Assembly (NCBI GenBank): GCA_050248855.1
Contig: JBFWRP010000023.1
Location: forward strand, 1-64,000
Direction: 5' to 3'
DNA: 64,000 bases
From: Planctomycetota bacterium
GTDB lineage: Bacteria; Planctomycetota; PLA2; JAEUHO01
The notes below the pieces were generated by a model. The model saw nothing but the letters and a program-made list of their open reading frames with translations. It was not told the origin of the DNA and did no database searches. The position numbers and the translations under genes were made by a program. Below are positions 16,481-25,656 of this stretch, piece after piece; position 1 is the first letter of the stretch, and every line of letters starts with the position of its first letter.

Positions 16481-19429
16481 TCACCGACCGCTGCCGGGCC
16501 CCCACACCTGCCACCCGGCCCAATGCGCCGGATGGGCGAAGCGCGGATCGCGGCGTAGCTCGGCCTGGGCCGCTCGCAGTGCCGCCGGCGCGTCCGCGCC
16601 GGCCTCCAGCTGGTGATGGAACGCGCGCATCAGCTTCGACGTCGCCTCGTCGTCGACGTCCCAAAGACCCACGACCACGCTCCGCGCACCCGCCACGAAG
16701 AAGGCGTGCACGAAGCCTGCCCGCCCCTCCTGCTCGTACGCACGCGCTTGCCCCGACGAACACGCGGCGAGCACCACCAGATCGGCCCGCACCCGCGCGC
16801 GGAGGATCTCGGCCACGGTCCACAGCCCGTCGGAAGCGTCCGTAGGCGCAAGGGCGAGGGCAGACCGCAGCGGGCGCTCGGGGTCGATCTGCCCGTGGCA
16901 GGCCACGTGCACGACGCGCCAACGTCGCTCGACCAAGGCCTGGGCGAGGGCAGCCTCGGTGGCCGCGGGGCCGACGAGTCGGCGCTCGGCATCGACGACA
17001 TCGCCTGCCGCAGCGGGTAGCGGAGCCAGGCCCGGGTGCACGGGATCCGCGACCACGAGTCGCCCGGAGGCGTCCGCCTCCTCACGCGCCCCGAGGATCT
17101 GTCCGATCGTCGACGACGGCACCAGGCGCACGTCCGTGTCGGGCCACAACAGGCCCACGGGCAGCATGGCCAGCCGACCCGCGGGCACGAGCGTGAGCGT
17201 ACGCACACCCGCGAGCTCGAGCGGCGCCACGAGGACCGCCGCGAGGGCCGCCACGGCCGGGGCGGGATCGACGTGGACGTCCTCGACGACGACGTCATCC
17301 AGCCGGTCACGCACGAGGTCCTCGGGCCCCAGGTCGACCAGGCGTGTCTCCGCCGGCGTGACCACCAGGGCCCATACCCGATCGAGGCCGTGGGCCATGT
17401 GCACCTGCGCCTCGCCAGGTCGCAGCGACGCGCGCACGTCCCCCAAGGAGACGACACGAGGCGCGACGAGCTGCCCCGCCGCCGCGTGCGCGAGTCGGAG
17501 CCGCTCGTCGAGCGCTTCGCGCTGCGCCCGCACGGCATCCAACGCGCGAAGTGCCGCACGTGTCGGCTCGACGCCGACGGCGCGCCGCAGCGCCTCCACC
17601 GCCTCGGCCTCCGCCTGGCGCAGCACGCCATCGCGCGCCGCGTGTCCGGGGCCGCCGACGTCCACCGGGCCGTCGCCTTCGCCCAGACGCTGGCGGAGAG
17701 CCACGGCGCGCGCCAGCTCGGCCACATGGAAGAAGCGCTCGGCCTCGCCAAGCCGCGCCGCAGCCTCCACGGCGGCCCGGAACAGGTGCGTCTCCTTGGC
17801 GCGGTAGAGCCAGCCTCGGCGCTCGGGAAGCGTGGCCGAACGCGCCACGACCGACCCGATGCCGCGCTCCGCGCACGCGAGGGCCTTCTCGGGCTCCCCG
17901 CGTCGCAGCCAGGCAAGCGCGAGCCAGGTGTCGAGCAGGCTCGTCGCGCGCGTCAGCGCGTGGCGGCGTGCCAGGGCGCGCGCACGGTCCGCCAGGTCGA
18001 TCGCCTCCTCGACACGGCCGGCCTGCAGCGCCACGACGGCCTGCAGCGAAAGGTGACGCAGCTCGTCGTGCGGCCCGTGGTCCCCGGAACGTGCCCGGTC
18101 GCTCGCCGCCAGGGCGCGCGAGGCCGCTTCCACGTCACCGGCTCGCGAGGCGGCCAAGGCCGACAAGTCGTGGAGCAGCTGCACGTCGGCGGGGCGCACG
18201 TGCTCGGGTCCGAGGGCCACGGTGCTCTCCACGAGGCGGCGCACGGTGTCGGGGCTCCCGTGGCGCGCTTCGAGCACGACTTCCATGACCCGCAGGTCCA
18301 CGTCGCGGTCGGCGGCCGCGGGATCGATCGCCCGCGCGGTCGCGACATGCTGCGCCGCGCGCTCGTCGTCCTGCATCTCGAGGGCGGCGACGGCCGCGTT
18401 CTTGTGCGCGCCTCGCCGCTCGCCCGGTGTGCCGTGCGCGTCGAAGAACGCCACGCCCGCCTCCAGGCGTGCGGCCCCCTGGGTCCAGCGTCCGGCAAGC
18501 ACTTCGCTGCTGCCCAGGCGCACTTGCGTGGCAGCGATGCCCCGGGCGTCGCCGCGTGCCTCTTCGAGCGCGAGCAGGCGCGTCTGCAGCGCCAAGCGGC
18601 GCTCCAGCGAGAGGGCATCGTGGGCTACGAGCAGGACCTGGTAGAGCCCCTCGCGCTCTTCGGCCGGCGTGGCAGCGAGAGCGAGCGCCGCCTCGGCGTG
18701 CTCGATCGCCTCGGGCGTGCGCCGCATCCGGTGCGCGGCCACGGCCATCCGGCGCCGGGCCAGCCACTGGTCTCGCTGAGGCACGTGGGGCACGGCGGCC
18801 AAGAGGGCCCGCCCAAGCCCGAGCACCTCCTCATGCGCCTCGCCGTCGCGCGCCACCCGCATGGCGGCACCGAGGGCCTGCGCCACGGCTTCCGACCAGC
18901 CGTGGCGCGATGCCAGGTCGGCGGCTTCGCGGTAGGCGGTCAGGATCGGCTCGCGCGCGCCCCGGATCCGCTCCAGGGCCCCCGCCCGCTGGATGCGCAG
19001 GACGATCCCCAGCACGCCCTCGTCGGCGAGGGCTTCCCCCTCGAGCAGCGCCACCGCACCCCGCGCGTCACCACGTCGTGCCAGCTGCCGGACGGCCCGA
19101 TCGGCCTCGGCCACGGCGCTTGCGATCGGGTGCTCCTCGCGCCACGCGAGGTAGCGCGCAAGGGCCCCCGCCACGCCCTCCCGCCAGCTTCCTGCCCAGG
19201 ACCGGGCAACGTCCAGCCGACCCGTCGCGAGCAGGGCTTCCAGGGCTCGCCAGGGCTCGACGCCGCCGCGCGAGACGACGCCGGCCACCGCCGCGTCCCC
19301 GCCCTCGGCGTGCAGCGCGGCCAGCCTCTCCGCCAAGGCCTCGGGGCTCTCCTCGGCGCGTGCCCGGCTGCTCGGCCAGGCGGCTGCCAAGAGGGCAAGG
19401 ACGAGAACCGCGGCCCGGCGCCGGCACAT
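16481..19429 (-). CDS. Exported TPR-like/CHAT-domain (caspase-like) protease, 982 aa
   Basis: Signal-like MCRRRAAVLVLALLAAAW..ARA; helical repeats; CHAT motifs VVHVACHG, DGLWTVAEI, LVVLAACSS, AGARSVVVGLWDVDD, HPAHWAGW. Confidence 0.88.
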   Translation of the reverse strand: MCRRRAAVLVLALLAAAWPSSRARAEESPEALAERLAALHAEGGDAAVAGVVSRGGVEPWRALEALLATGRLDVARSWAGSWREGVAGALARYLAWREEHPIASAVAEADRAVRQLARRGDARGAVALLEGEALADEGVLGIVLRIQRAGALERIRGAREPILTAYREAADLASRHGWSEAVAQALGAAMRVARDGEAHEEVLGLGRALLAAVPHVPQRDQWLARRRMAVAAHRMRRTPEAIEHAEAALALAATPAEEREGLYQVLLVAHDALSLERRLALQTRLLALEEARGDARGIAATQVRLGSSEVLAGRWTQGAARLEAGVAFFDAHGTPGERRGAHKNAAVAALEMQDDERAAQHVATARAIDPAAADRDVDLRVMEVVLEARHGSPDTVRRLVESTVALGPEHVRPADVQLLHDLSALAASRAGDVEAASRALAASDRARSGDHGPHDELRHLSLQAVVALQAGRVEEAIDLADRARALARRHALTRATSLLDTWLALAWLRRGEPEKALACAERGIGSVVARSATLPERRGWLYRAKETHLFRAAVEAAARLGEAERFFHVAELARAVALRQRLGEGDGPVDVGGPGHAARDGVLRQAEAEAVEALRRAVGVEPTRAALRALDAVRAQREALDERLRLAHAAAGQLVAPRVVSLGDVRASLRPGEAQVHMAHGLDRVWALVVTPAETRLVDLGPEDLVRDRLDDVVVEDVHVDPAPAVAALAAVLVAPLELAGVRTLTLVPAGRLAMLPVGLLWPDTDVRLVPSSTIGQILGAREEADASGRLVVADPVHPGLAPLPAAAGDVVDAERRLVGPAATEAALAQALVERRWRVVHVACHGQIDPERPLRSALALAPTDASDGLWTVAEILRARVRADLVVLAACSSGQARAYEQEGRAGFVHAFFVAGARSVVVGLWDVDDEATSKLMRAFHHQLEAGADAPAALRAAQAELRRDPRFAHPAHWAGWQVWGPGSGR

Positions 19430-19577
19430 GGGCGGAGCGTACCATCTCGCCTCCGCCCCACCCCGGCCACGAGGTGCTTGGGGGCAATCCGGCGGGGCGA
19501 GGCCGACTCTCCTGCGAGAGGCCCTCTGCTTGCCGATTCCCTTCCGCGCCACCCGCCGCCTGACCTCCGCGGATCCC

Positions 19578-20381
19578 GTGGAGGCCTTCCTGCGTGCCGG
19601 ACGCCGCGCCCACGCCGTGCTCGCGGCGCCCGAGGCGACCCTGCGCGAGCGCTTGGAGCCCGCGTCCCTGCCTCGGCGTCCCGAGGACTGGTACCTCGCG
19701 CAGGCCTGCGACCTGGGCGTCCCGGGAGCCTGGGAGCGCTTGGCGGCGCAGCACCGCCGCCCCCTCAGGGCATTCTTGCGCCGGCGCGGCGGCCGCACGC
19801 CGGAGGTGGATGCCGTCCTCGACGACCTCTGGGGCCGCTTGGCCGCCCCTGCGCCGCGCGGCACGGCCACGACGCGCCTGGGCACCTACGACGGGCGCGG
19901 CGCGCTCTTCTCGTGGCTGGCCACGGTGGCGTGGCGCGCCCTGGCCGACACGTGGCGGGCGCGCCAGGGTCAGGGCGGTGCACCCGAGGACGGCCCCGGC
20001 GACGGGCAGCACGACCCCGGCAGCCAGGTCGGCGCCGACGAGATCGACCGGCAGCTGGGCGGCGCGCTCGAAGAAGCCTGGGGCGGGCTCACCCTGCGTG
20101 AGCTGGAGGCGGTGGTGCTCAAGTACCGCCATCACCTGCCCCAGAACCAGATCGCGCGCGTGCTCGGCGTGGGCTCGCCCCGCGTCACGCGCCTGCTGCA
20201 GTCGGCCACGCAGCGTCTGCGTGGCGCCTTGGAAGCACGATTCGAGCTCCGCCCCCACGAGGTCGGCGAGAGCCACGCCCTGCGTCACGCCGTGGCGCGG
20301 TTGTTGGAGCGCGCAAGCGTCGAGCTGCCTGCGCAAGGGGACACGGGTGCGACCCGTGGGGAGGACGATGGACGTGGCTGA
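19578..20381 (+). CDS. ECF-like sigma-70 factor
   Basis: DWYLAQACDLGVPGAWERL, region 2 YDGRGALFSWLATVAWRALAD, region 4 LTLRELEAVVLKY...QNQIARVLGVGSPRVTRLLQSA. GTG start inferred. Confidence 0.85.
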   Translation: MEAFLRAGRRAHAVLAAPEATLRERLEPASLPRRPEDWYLAQACDLGVPGAWERLAAQHRRPLRAFLRRRGGRTPEVDAVLDDLWGRLAAPAPRGTATTRLGTYDGRGALFSWLATVAWRALADTWRARQGQGGAPEDGPGDGQHDPGSQVGADEIDRQLGGALEEAWGGLTLRELEAVVLKYRHHLPQNQIARVLGVGSPRVTRLLQSATQRLRGALEARFELRPHEVGESHALRHAVARLLERASVELPAQGDTGATRGEDDGRG

Positions 20382-21252
20382 CCGGCAGCCTGGAGCTGGG
20401 CGTAGGCGGGGCTTGGAGCCCGGAGGCCTGGACGCCGTGGATCCCAACCTCGTGGCAGCCGCCGTCGACGGCGTCATCGGCGAGCACGAGCGGCAACGCC
20501 TGGACGCCCTCGTCCATGCGGATCCCGAGACCCTGCTGCTCGTACGCGCGCTTCGCGACGAGCGGCGCCGGGCGCGGCGGCGCCCCTGGCTCCTCGCCGG
20601 AGCCGGGGGCGCCGTGGCGGTGGCGGCCGTCCTGGCGGTCCTGCTCGGGGGTCGAGGCGCGAGCCCGGTGGCTCAACGCCCGCTGCGAGAGCGACTCGCC
20701 ACCGTCGTCGCCCAGCTCCATGCCGAGCATCCCGACCGCTTTGCCACGATGGATCCCGCGTCCCTGCTCGAGGCCAGGCGTCCGGGGACGACCCGCGGGG
20801 CGGGCACGGCGTGGCTCGCGCCGCGGGGCCTCACGCTGACGCCCCCCGCGGTGCTGCGCTGGAGCCTGCCAGCGGGCAGCACGCGCATGCGCGTCGAGGT
20901 CAAGGGCGGCGCCGTGCGCTTCCAACGCGACGTGGACGGCGCGCAGATGGATGCCCCTTCCCTGGCGGCGGGGCGCTACGTCGTGACGCTGACGCCGTTG
21001 GACGGCTTGACGCGCCAGTCGGTCCGCAGCGCCTTCGAGGTGCTCGACGACGAAGGGCGCAAGGCCTGGGATGCCGAGGTCGCCGCGGTGCGTGCGGCCG
21101 CCTCCGACGATGTCGCGGACCTGCTGGTCGCCCTGTGGGCGGCGCAGCGCGGGCTCGTGGACGTGGCACGCGACATGGGGACGAGGGCCGCCGCGGCCCC
21201 CGGTGAGGTGGGCGACGCAGCACGCCGCCTGCTCGAGACGCTCGCGCAGTAG
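20368..21252 (+). CDS. Putative membrane anti-sigma factor with extracytoplasmic domain
   Basis: Overlaps the sigma stop; GGAGG RBS; anti-sigma-like LVAAAVDGVIGEHERQRL; Arg cluster plus TM helix; beta-rich domain after TTRG. Confidence 0.75.
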   Translation: MDVADRQPGAGRRRGLEPGGLDAVDPNLVAAAVDGVIGEHERQRLDALVHADPETLLLVRALRDERRRARRRPWLLAGAGGAVAVAAVLAVLLGGRGASPVAQRPLRERLATVVAQLHAEHPDRFATMDPASLLEARRPGTTRGAGTAWLAPRGLTLTPPAVLRWSLPAGSTRMRVEVKGGAVRFQRDVDGAQMDAPSLAAGRYVVTLTPLDGLTRQSVRSAFEVLDDEGRKAWDAEVAAVRAAASDDVADLLVALWAAQRGLVDVARDMGTRAAAAPGEVGDAARRLLETLAQ

Positions 21253-21541
21253 CTCATCGCGCGGGCCGCGCGCACGCAATCGCACCCTCGCGTGCAAGTA
21301 GCAGCCCGCGAGAACCGATCGCGAGAAGTGGCGAGTGTGGCTCCTCCAGGGAGCTCCGCCGTGCTGCTGCGGAGCGCGCAGGGCACGATCGTGGAGTGCC
21401 CGCCCACGCCTCGCGAACGGGCCCCGCGACTCCCACCGTCTGCAGGGGCCGTGCGCGCGGCATGGTCGCCATCCAGGGAGCACGGTCGCGTCGACGCCAC
21501 CGTTGCGCCTCGGTCGTCCTGCCTCGTCGTAGGGAGCGTGC

Positions 21542-23467
21542 ATGGTCCGCCTTCTGCTCGCCGTCGCCGTGCTGGGTGCTGCGGGCGCCGTCTGGGCGCT
21601 GTGGGCCCGGCCCAACACCGCGCCCCACGGTTCCCTGGAGGTGGCGGAGGGCGCGGTCGACGCGACCACGCACGAGGCTCCGCTGACGCCACCGCCGCGG
21701 CGCCCGATCCTGCGCGCGTGGCGTCCCCCGCAGGAGCGGACCGACGAGGCGCCGGACCTCCGGCGCCCGCGCCACGTGCCCCCCGCCACGCTCGAGACCC
21801 TCGGTACGGCGCGCGGCTGGGAGGCCAGCGTCAAGGCCTTCCACGGCCTGCCGACTTGCCGGGATGACGAAGCGGCATCGCGCCTCCTGCGGCTGCTGGA
21901 CGAGGTCACGGACCCCGTCGTTCGTCAGAACCTGCTGTTCCATCTCGCGCTCGGCGTGCGGGGCGGCGCTGCCCACCTCGAGGACCTGCGACGGCGCGCG
22001 GGACCGCGGTGGAGCGACGCGGACGACGAAGACGCCCTCGTCGCCCTCGCGTTCGGGGGCCAGGGGACTGCCGTCGGCGAGATGACCGCGCTGGCGGTAC
22101 AGCCCTCCAGCGCTCCGGTCCACCGGCTGCTCCCGCAGATGTCCGATCTCGAGGCGCTGGGGAAGACGGGGAGCGAGGAGGCGCGGGAGGTGCTCCGCAG
22201 CCACCACGCGATCGAAGTCCTGGATCGCGAGCCCTACTACAAGCTGCTGGCCGTGCACGTGCCACTCGTGTGGCAGGACGCGGCGCCATCCCCCGCCGTA
22301 GCGGCTCACGTTCGCACGAAGCTGTGCGAGGTCTGGCTGGATCGCTATCCGGGCCACCCGGGCTCGGACGACATCGCGCTTCGTGTCGCGCGGTCACGTC
22401 TGGCCGAAGGGCGGAACCTGGAGGCGGCGCGCTGGTACGGCAAGGCGGCGGCCCTCCCCGACCAAGACGCGGGCGTCCGCTGGGCGGCCGCTGGCGGCCT
22501 GGTCGGCCTGGCCGAGGTGCTGCTCGAGCGCGAGGAAGTCCTGACCCTGGCCAACGAGCTGGCGCACGACACCCCGCAGCACGAGCTGCTGCACTACATC
22601 TACGTCCGACGGACCGCCGCGGAAGTCGGCGTGCGGGAAGGGGTGGAGGCCCTCGAGCTGGCCATCCGGCGAGCGGACGTGCCGCAGCTCGAGGCAGCCT
22701 TCCACCACTCGTGCCGGCCCCAGGGCATCCGGGGGCTGGACTCGGGACGCACGCCCCTCCCGGAGGACGACGAGCTGCGCTCGTGCTGGGGACCGGGGGG
22801 CGACCGCATGTGGCCACTCGTCCCGCATGACGACGCGAGAGGTCGCGACCGTCGGCTGGAGCCCTCGCGCGAGACGGTAAGCCTCGACCCGTACCTGCTG
22901 GCCCGTCAGGTACGCATCTGGCGATCGCTGGCCCTCCTCCAAGATCGTGCGTGGCACGCCCGTCGCCACGAGCGTGAGGATCTCGAGTACAAGCTCGCCG
23001 CCGTGCCGTACCACGAGCCCAACGCGTGGTGGCCCGCGTACCACCGTCGGGGCTCGGAGTTCGGACGCTGGCTGGGCGAGGCGTGGCGCAGGGACCGGGG
23101 GCCGTTCGAGCAGGGCGCGGAGCGCTTCATGGCCACGTCCCTTGCGTGGCGCCGCGCGCTCGAGGCCTTCGGGCGCTTCGTCGACGAGAACCCGGACTCG
23201 GACCTCGTCGAGAAGGCGCGCTTCTCCATGGGCCTGTGCTGGCGTTGCCTGGCCGACGAAGCGCCCCGACACCTGGTCACGTCCCGCGAGCTGGACCGGG
23301 CGCGACGACGGGAGGCGGTCGAGGGCGTCCTTGCGTGCATGCAGGACGTCACACGACGGCACCCGCAGAGCCCCTTGGCCGACGACGCCGCGCGCGCCGT
23401 CGTGTACTGGACGAGCTGGCGCGAGCGCGAGGCGCAGCAAGCCGGCGCCTCCGACGGGGGGCGCTAG
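21542..23467 (+). CDS. Membrane-anchored helical-repeat (TPR/HEAT-like) hypothetical protein
   Basis: N-terminal TM; recurring RYPGHPGSDDI, ENPDSDLVEKARF and RHPQSPLADDA motifs resembling TPR/BamD-type repeats. Confidence 0.7.
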   Translation: MVRLLLAVAVLGAAGAVWALWARPNTAPHGSLEVAEGAVDATTHEAPLTPPPRRPILRAWRPPQERTDEAPDLRRPRHVPPATLETLGTARGWEASVKAFHGLPTCRDDEAASRLLRLLDEVTDPVVRQNLLFHLALGVRGGAAHLEDLRRRAGPRWSDADDEDALVALAFGGQGTAVGEMTALAVQPSSAPVHRLLPQMSDLEALGKTGSEEAREVLRSHHAIEVLDREPYYKLLAVHVPLVWQDAAPSPAVAAHVRTKLCEVWLDRYPGHPGSDDIALRVARSRLAEGRNLEAARWYGKAAALPDQDAGVRWAAAGGLVGLAEVLLEREEVLTLANELAHDTPQHELLHYIYVRRTAAEVGVREGVEALELAIRRADVPQLEAAFHHSCRPQGIRGLDSGRTPLPEDDELRSCWGPGGDRMWPLVPHDDARGRDRRLEPSRETVSLDPYLLARQVRIWRSLALLQDRAWHARRHEREDLEYKLAAVPYHEPNAWWPAYHRRGSEFGRWLGEAWRRDRGPFEQGAERFMATSLAWRRALEAFGRFVDENPDSDLVEKARFSMGLCWRCLADEAPRHLVTSRELDRARRREAVEGVLACMQDVTRRHPQSPLADDAARAVVYWTSWREREAQQAGASDGGR

Positions 23468-23515
23468 GAGCCAGCACTGGCCTCGCCGCGAAGCCTGCCT
23501 CGGCAGGTCGCCCCC

Positions 23516-23557
23516 AAAAACGAAGCGAGGCCGCACACGTCTCCGTGCGCGGCCTCG
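23516..23557 (-). terminator. Intrinsic terminator between convergent genes
   Basis: Stem cgaggccgcacacg/cgtgcgcggcctcg (23526-23557); T-tract on the minus strand (aaaaa at 23516-23520). Confidence 0.7.
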
Positions 23558-23578
23558 ACGACTCGCGGCGTCCTGGGA

Positions 23579-24286
23579 TCAGCTGCCGCCGCCGCCCTTG
23601 GCAGCCTTCTTCGGGTGGTCCTCGGGACCGAAAGTGGTGCTGCTCCACTCCGTGATGCCGTTGCTGCCCTTCTGGGTCCAGGCGTTGGCCGTCACGAGGC
23701 TCGCGTACACGCCGATCAAGGCGGCGAGCAACAGGCAGATCACCATGAGCGCAGGCGTGCGTGCCTCTTCGGCGACCACCACGCGACGCTGCTGCTGCTG
23801 GGGGGCGCGCGCGGCGCCGCCGCGGCGGCTGGCGCCGATGTCCTCGACTTCGTCCTCTTCGCCGAGGTCGGCGTCTTCGGTGAAGTCGATCGGCTCGGTG
23901 CTCATGCCGACGTCACCCTGGTCGATGAACGTGTCCTGGCTCGAGATCTCGGCCGTCCGCATGCCGCCGGTGGCGGTGAGGTCCGGCTCGGCGAGCAGGT
24001 CGTCGCCCAGCGTGTCGCCGACGCCGGCGCCCACGTTGACGGTCGGCTGGCTGTCGTCGTCCTCGAGGCTGATCTCGGTGAGCGACGTCTCGGACGTCGT
24101 GCCGCTGCGGCCACCGCGCCCCGCGAGGTTGTCGATCTCGCTACGCTTGAACTTCATCTGGCCGCCCTCGCGGAAGGCGCGGATCTCGCCCTCGGACACG
24201 AGGCGCTTGAGGCGGTTCTCGTCGATGCTCAGCTGACGGAGCACCTCGTCGAAGCTGTAGAACTCGCCGCTCTTGGACTTGGCCAC
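23579..24286 (-). CDS. Excisionase-like (HTH_17) DNA-binding protein with acidic linker and C-terminal TM helix
   Basis: GGAGG plus GTG; FYSFDEVLRQLSIDENRLKRLVSEGEIRAFREGGQMKFKRSEI; D/E-rich middle; ALMVICLLLAALIGVYASLV. Confidence 0.85.
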   Translation of the reverse strand: MAKSKSGEFYSFDEVLRQLSIDENRLKRLVSEGEIRAFREGGQMKFKRSEIDNLAGRGGRSGTTSETSLTEISLEDDDSQPTVNVGAGVGDTLGDDLLAEPDLTATGGMRTAEISSQDTFIDQGDVGMSTEPIDFTEDADLGEEDEVEDIGASRRGGAARAPQQQQRRVVVAEEARTPALMVICLLLAALIGVYASLVTANAWTQKGSNGITEWSSTTFGPEDHPKKAAKGGGGS

Positions 24287-24748
24287 GGACAACCTCCCTG
24301 GCGTCCCCAGGCGCGGGGCTCGGCGCCGCGAGATCCTCGCGTGCCAGCGACCGGGCCGATGGGACGGATGTTGGTCGAAGCGGGCGCCTCTCACGAGGAT
24401 CCCACGCGCGGCCGCCACGCACCAACCCTCCCTGTCGGAACGGGCTCCGCGGCTGGAGAGCATCCCAGATCCCCCCCCGGGGATCAAGGTTGGCGACCCC
24501 AAAACCCCTTGGGAAGGGGGAGAGGAAGGGGCCGGAGGCCGGGGCCGGCGCCCCGTGGGCGGATCGGCGCGGGGGGACGCGGCCGCTGCGCCCCGCGGAC
24601 CAGCCGTCCGGATTGCGTTGGGGAGACCGGGGGCCGGCGGGCCGACCCGCAGGCGGGCTCCCTCCCGCGCGTCTCGCACGGGCGCGGCGCAGACGCGCGC
24701 AGGCGCCGCTCGGAGCGCGGCGCGATCGCCACGGACCGGGCCGTCAGT

Positions 24749-24873
24749 GCGACGGTAGCGCCAGCATCGGCGAGGACTCGTGGTCCGCGTCGGCCTGCCT
24801 TGGCAGGCCGCGCCAAGGGGTACGACTCGAGGAGCCGATGCTGGTGCAAGACCGAGCATCCGGCGAGCCGCAC
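24749..24873 (+). repeat. Repeat module C copy 2, carrying the module-B palindrome in its loop
   Basis: Matches 2537-2629, but the loop tgttc is replaced by ~39 bp containing cgtcggcctgccttggcaggccgcgcca (reverse complement of part of B). Confidence 0.85.
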
Positions 24874-24895
24874 GCCCGTCCCCCAGGAGGCGTAC

Positions 24896-25621
24896 CTACC
24901 TACCGAGGTTGACGTTCTGGTCGGGGATGCCAGAGCCCTCCGGCGTCGACTTGCCCATGGCGGCCTCGAAGGCCGAGCGCAGCTGGTTGCGCGTGCGCTC
25001 GGAGAGGTCGCGGTAGCCCTCGAGCCTCAGGTCGAAGTCGATGTGACGTGCGGCCAAGAGACGCAAGCCGCCCTTGTCCTCGGCGCGCAGGGGCCGATCG
25101 CTGGTCGGCAGGCGGCCCTTGTATTGGTAGACGAGGATGCGCTGCGCGACCGTGTCGAAGTAGTAGACGACGCTCTCGCCACCTCCGACCGAAGCCGAGA
25201 GCGCAATGGCGCGGTTGTTGGAGTCGCTGGTGCCCCCACCGGGGTTGGAGACGCCGGGTGTGTCGGTGCGCGAGCGCGTGCCCGCGCTCCCCGTGGCGCC
25301 ACCCCCGAAGAGCTCGCCGAGCAGCCCGGGATCCGCAGGCTGGTCGCCGTCGGCATCGCCGAACGCAGGCGGGTCCTCGGCGTACGCCGGCGTCGCGGGA
25401 ATCGCCAGGCCCTCCAGCCCGCCGAACACCACGAGGGCGCCGAAGGCCAGCGTGGCGGCCCAGCCCCCCGCAAGGAACCCGATCCACAGCGAAGCGCGGC
25501 CAGCGCGGGGCGCTTGGGCCGACTGGGACACTTGGGCCGACTGGGGCACTTGGGCCGACCGGGGGGCCAGGGGCGCGTGGGGCGCGGGGGGGACGTCCGG
25601 GCTCGATGAATCCAAGGTCAT
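24896..25621 (-). CDS. Hypothetical membrane-anchored protein
   Basis: GGAGG RBS; TM helix; globular C-terminus (SVVYYFDTVAQRILVYQY...LRLLAARHIDFDLRL); 18-bp tandem repeat encoding SAQV(P/S)Q. Confidence 0.75.
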   Translation of the reverse strand: MTLDSSSPDVPPAPHAPLAPRSAQVPQSAQVSQSAQAPRAGRASLWIGFLAGGWAATLAFGALVVFGGLEGLAIPATPAYAEDPPAFGDADGDQPADPGLLGELFGGGATGSAGTRSRTDTPGVSNPGGGTSDSNNRAIALSASVGGGESVVYYFDTVAQRILVYQYKGRLPTSDRPLRAEDKGGLRLLAARHIDFDLRLEGYRDLSERTRNQLRSAFEAAMGKSTPEGSGIPDQNVNLGR

Positions 25622-25656
25622 GGGCACCTCCCTTGACGGCAGAGGACGCCGCAAGT

